DNA of 64,000 nucleotides from a virus: IMG/VR virus record IMGVR_UViG_3300023094_000009, positions 1 to 64,000 of that record; one strand, 5' to 3'. Shown piece by piece: positions 63,474 to 64,000 of this stretch (position 1 is its first letter; each line of letters starts with the position of its first letter). The notes under the pieces were generated by a model. It saw only the letters and a program-made list of their open reading frames with translations, ran no database searches and was not told where the DNA came from. The position numbers and the translations under genes were made by a program.

Positions 63474-64000
63474 ATGAAAAATTTATTATTAATTTTCTTT
63501 GTTTTCAGTTTGTTTTGCGCGAATTGTCAGCCATATGTTCACACTACGGGATCTGTAACAACATGTTCCGGTTTATTTTATGATAACGGTAACACTGGTA
63601 ATTACCTAAATAACAGTAATGTAACTCAAACCTTTGTGCCACCTTCCTCTTGCTCTGCACTAAGTGTGACGTTTTCAGCATTTAATGTAGAGGCGGGTTA
63701 TGATTTTCTATATGTATATAATGGAAATTCCACAAGTGCTCCTTTGATAGGGACTTATACTGGAACTACCCTCCCTTCAACCATAGTTTCTTCCTCAACT
63801 GATGGTTCTTTAACTTTTAGGTTCACATCAGATAATACCCAACGTAGAGCTGGGTGGGTGGCTTCTTTCTCCTGTATCACAAAACTAACCTTAAATGCAG
63901 GAGTTGATAAAACAGTAAGTTGTCACGGTAATACTACTATGTCAGCAACTGCAACAACTTTAGGTTTCACTGGTTCCACAACTTACCAACAAAATCTAAT
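63474..64000 (+). CDS. signal peptide + CUB-domain protein, 3' partial
   Basis: Hand translation: MKNLLLIFFVFSLFCANCQ...TTCSGLFYDNG...F..FNVEAGYDFLYVYNG...LTFRFTSD.....GWVA; runs off the window. Confidence 0.85.
   Translation, partial: MKNLLLIFFVFSLFCANCQPYVHTTGSVTTCSGLFYDNGNTGNYLNNSNVTQTFVPPSSCSALSVTFSAFNVEAGYDFLYVYNGNSTSAPLIGTYTGTTLPSTIVSSSTDGSLTFRFTSDNTQRRAGWVASFSCITKLTLNAGVDKTVSCHGNTTMSATATTLGFTGSTTYQQNL

Larger units (their letters stand above)
1027..63523. repeat. dispersed bipartite element TTTCAGT-N(6-10, T-rich)-[CG core]-AAA, about 50 copies in both orientations
   Basis: + copies (start of TTCAGT arm) near 1027, 1359, 2296, 2700, 9724, 10189, 11902, 13157, 18419, 22776, 23032, 23499, 30838, 31417, 39763, 41559, 42498, 45763, 48969, 57290, 57380, 58118, 58750, 59773, 61662, 63502. 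Reverse copies (core...AACTGAAA) near 5491, 7595, 12250, 14946, 15452, 16750, 17713, 19419, 19838, 20342, 20996, 21455, 23529, 24495, 25795, 30852, 32193, 35788, 42199, 44185, 44905, 50064, 52537, 53055. Confidence 0.92.

Noticed and set aside
1027-63523. Dispersed element as a CRISPR array, integron attC array, promoter or terminator
   Set aside because: Copies are degenerate, irregularly spaced by hundreds to thousands of bp, in both orientations and often inside ORFs. There is no regular spacer structure, no attC R/L boxes and no terminator hairpin, and separate promoters are identifiable.
1-64000. Stop-codon reassignment (TAG read-through as in some crAss-like phages)
   Set aside because: Long genes are intact in code 11, and many genes end in TAG with the next gene starting immediately (390, 17624, 28252). 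Only two isolated in-frame TAGs were seen.

Overview
AT-rich, gene-dense segment of a large, probably lytic dsDNA phage of a Bacteroidota (Flavobacteriia-like) host. The host call rests on TAnnTTTG -7 promoter elements and A-rich, SD-less leaders. All credible genes are on the + strand, and no structural or integration genes were recognised. Recognisable genes: GroES/GroEL, probable SSB, metallophosphoesterase, DnaQ-like exonuclease, PD-(D/E)XK nuclease, thioredoxin, class I RNR (nrdB, nrdA), a dATP/dGTP-diphosphohydrolase-like domain, a permuted GHKL ATPase, SF4 helicase, family A DNA polymerase, DenV, several homing endonucleases, one tRNA(CAT), a truncated CUB-domain secreted protein and well over 100 short hypothetical ORFs. 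The main unexplained signals are non-coding. (1) About 50 dispersed copies of a bipartite element, TTTCAGT-(T-rich 6-10 nt)-CG-rich core-AAA, occur in both orientations, between and inside genes, and local G/C skew tends to flip at them. (2) A non-coding locus at 16.5-17.35 kb behind two strong host promoters holds a textbook pistol ribozyme, a pseudoknotted RNA and a ~490-nt structured RNA. (3) A recurring promoter class carries an 11-bp-period TTAACA tandem box, and several transcripts look leaderless. All calls are by eye; no database searches were run.
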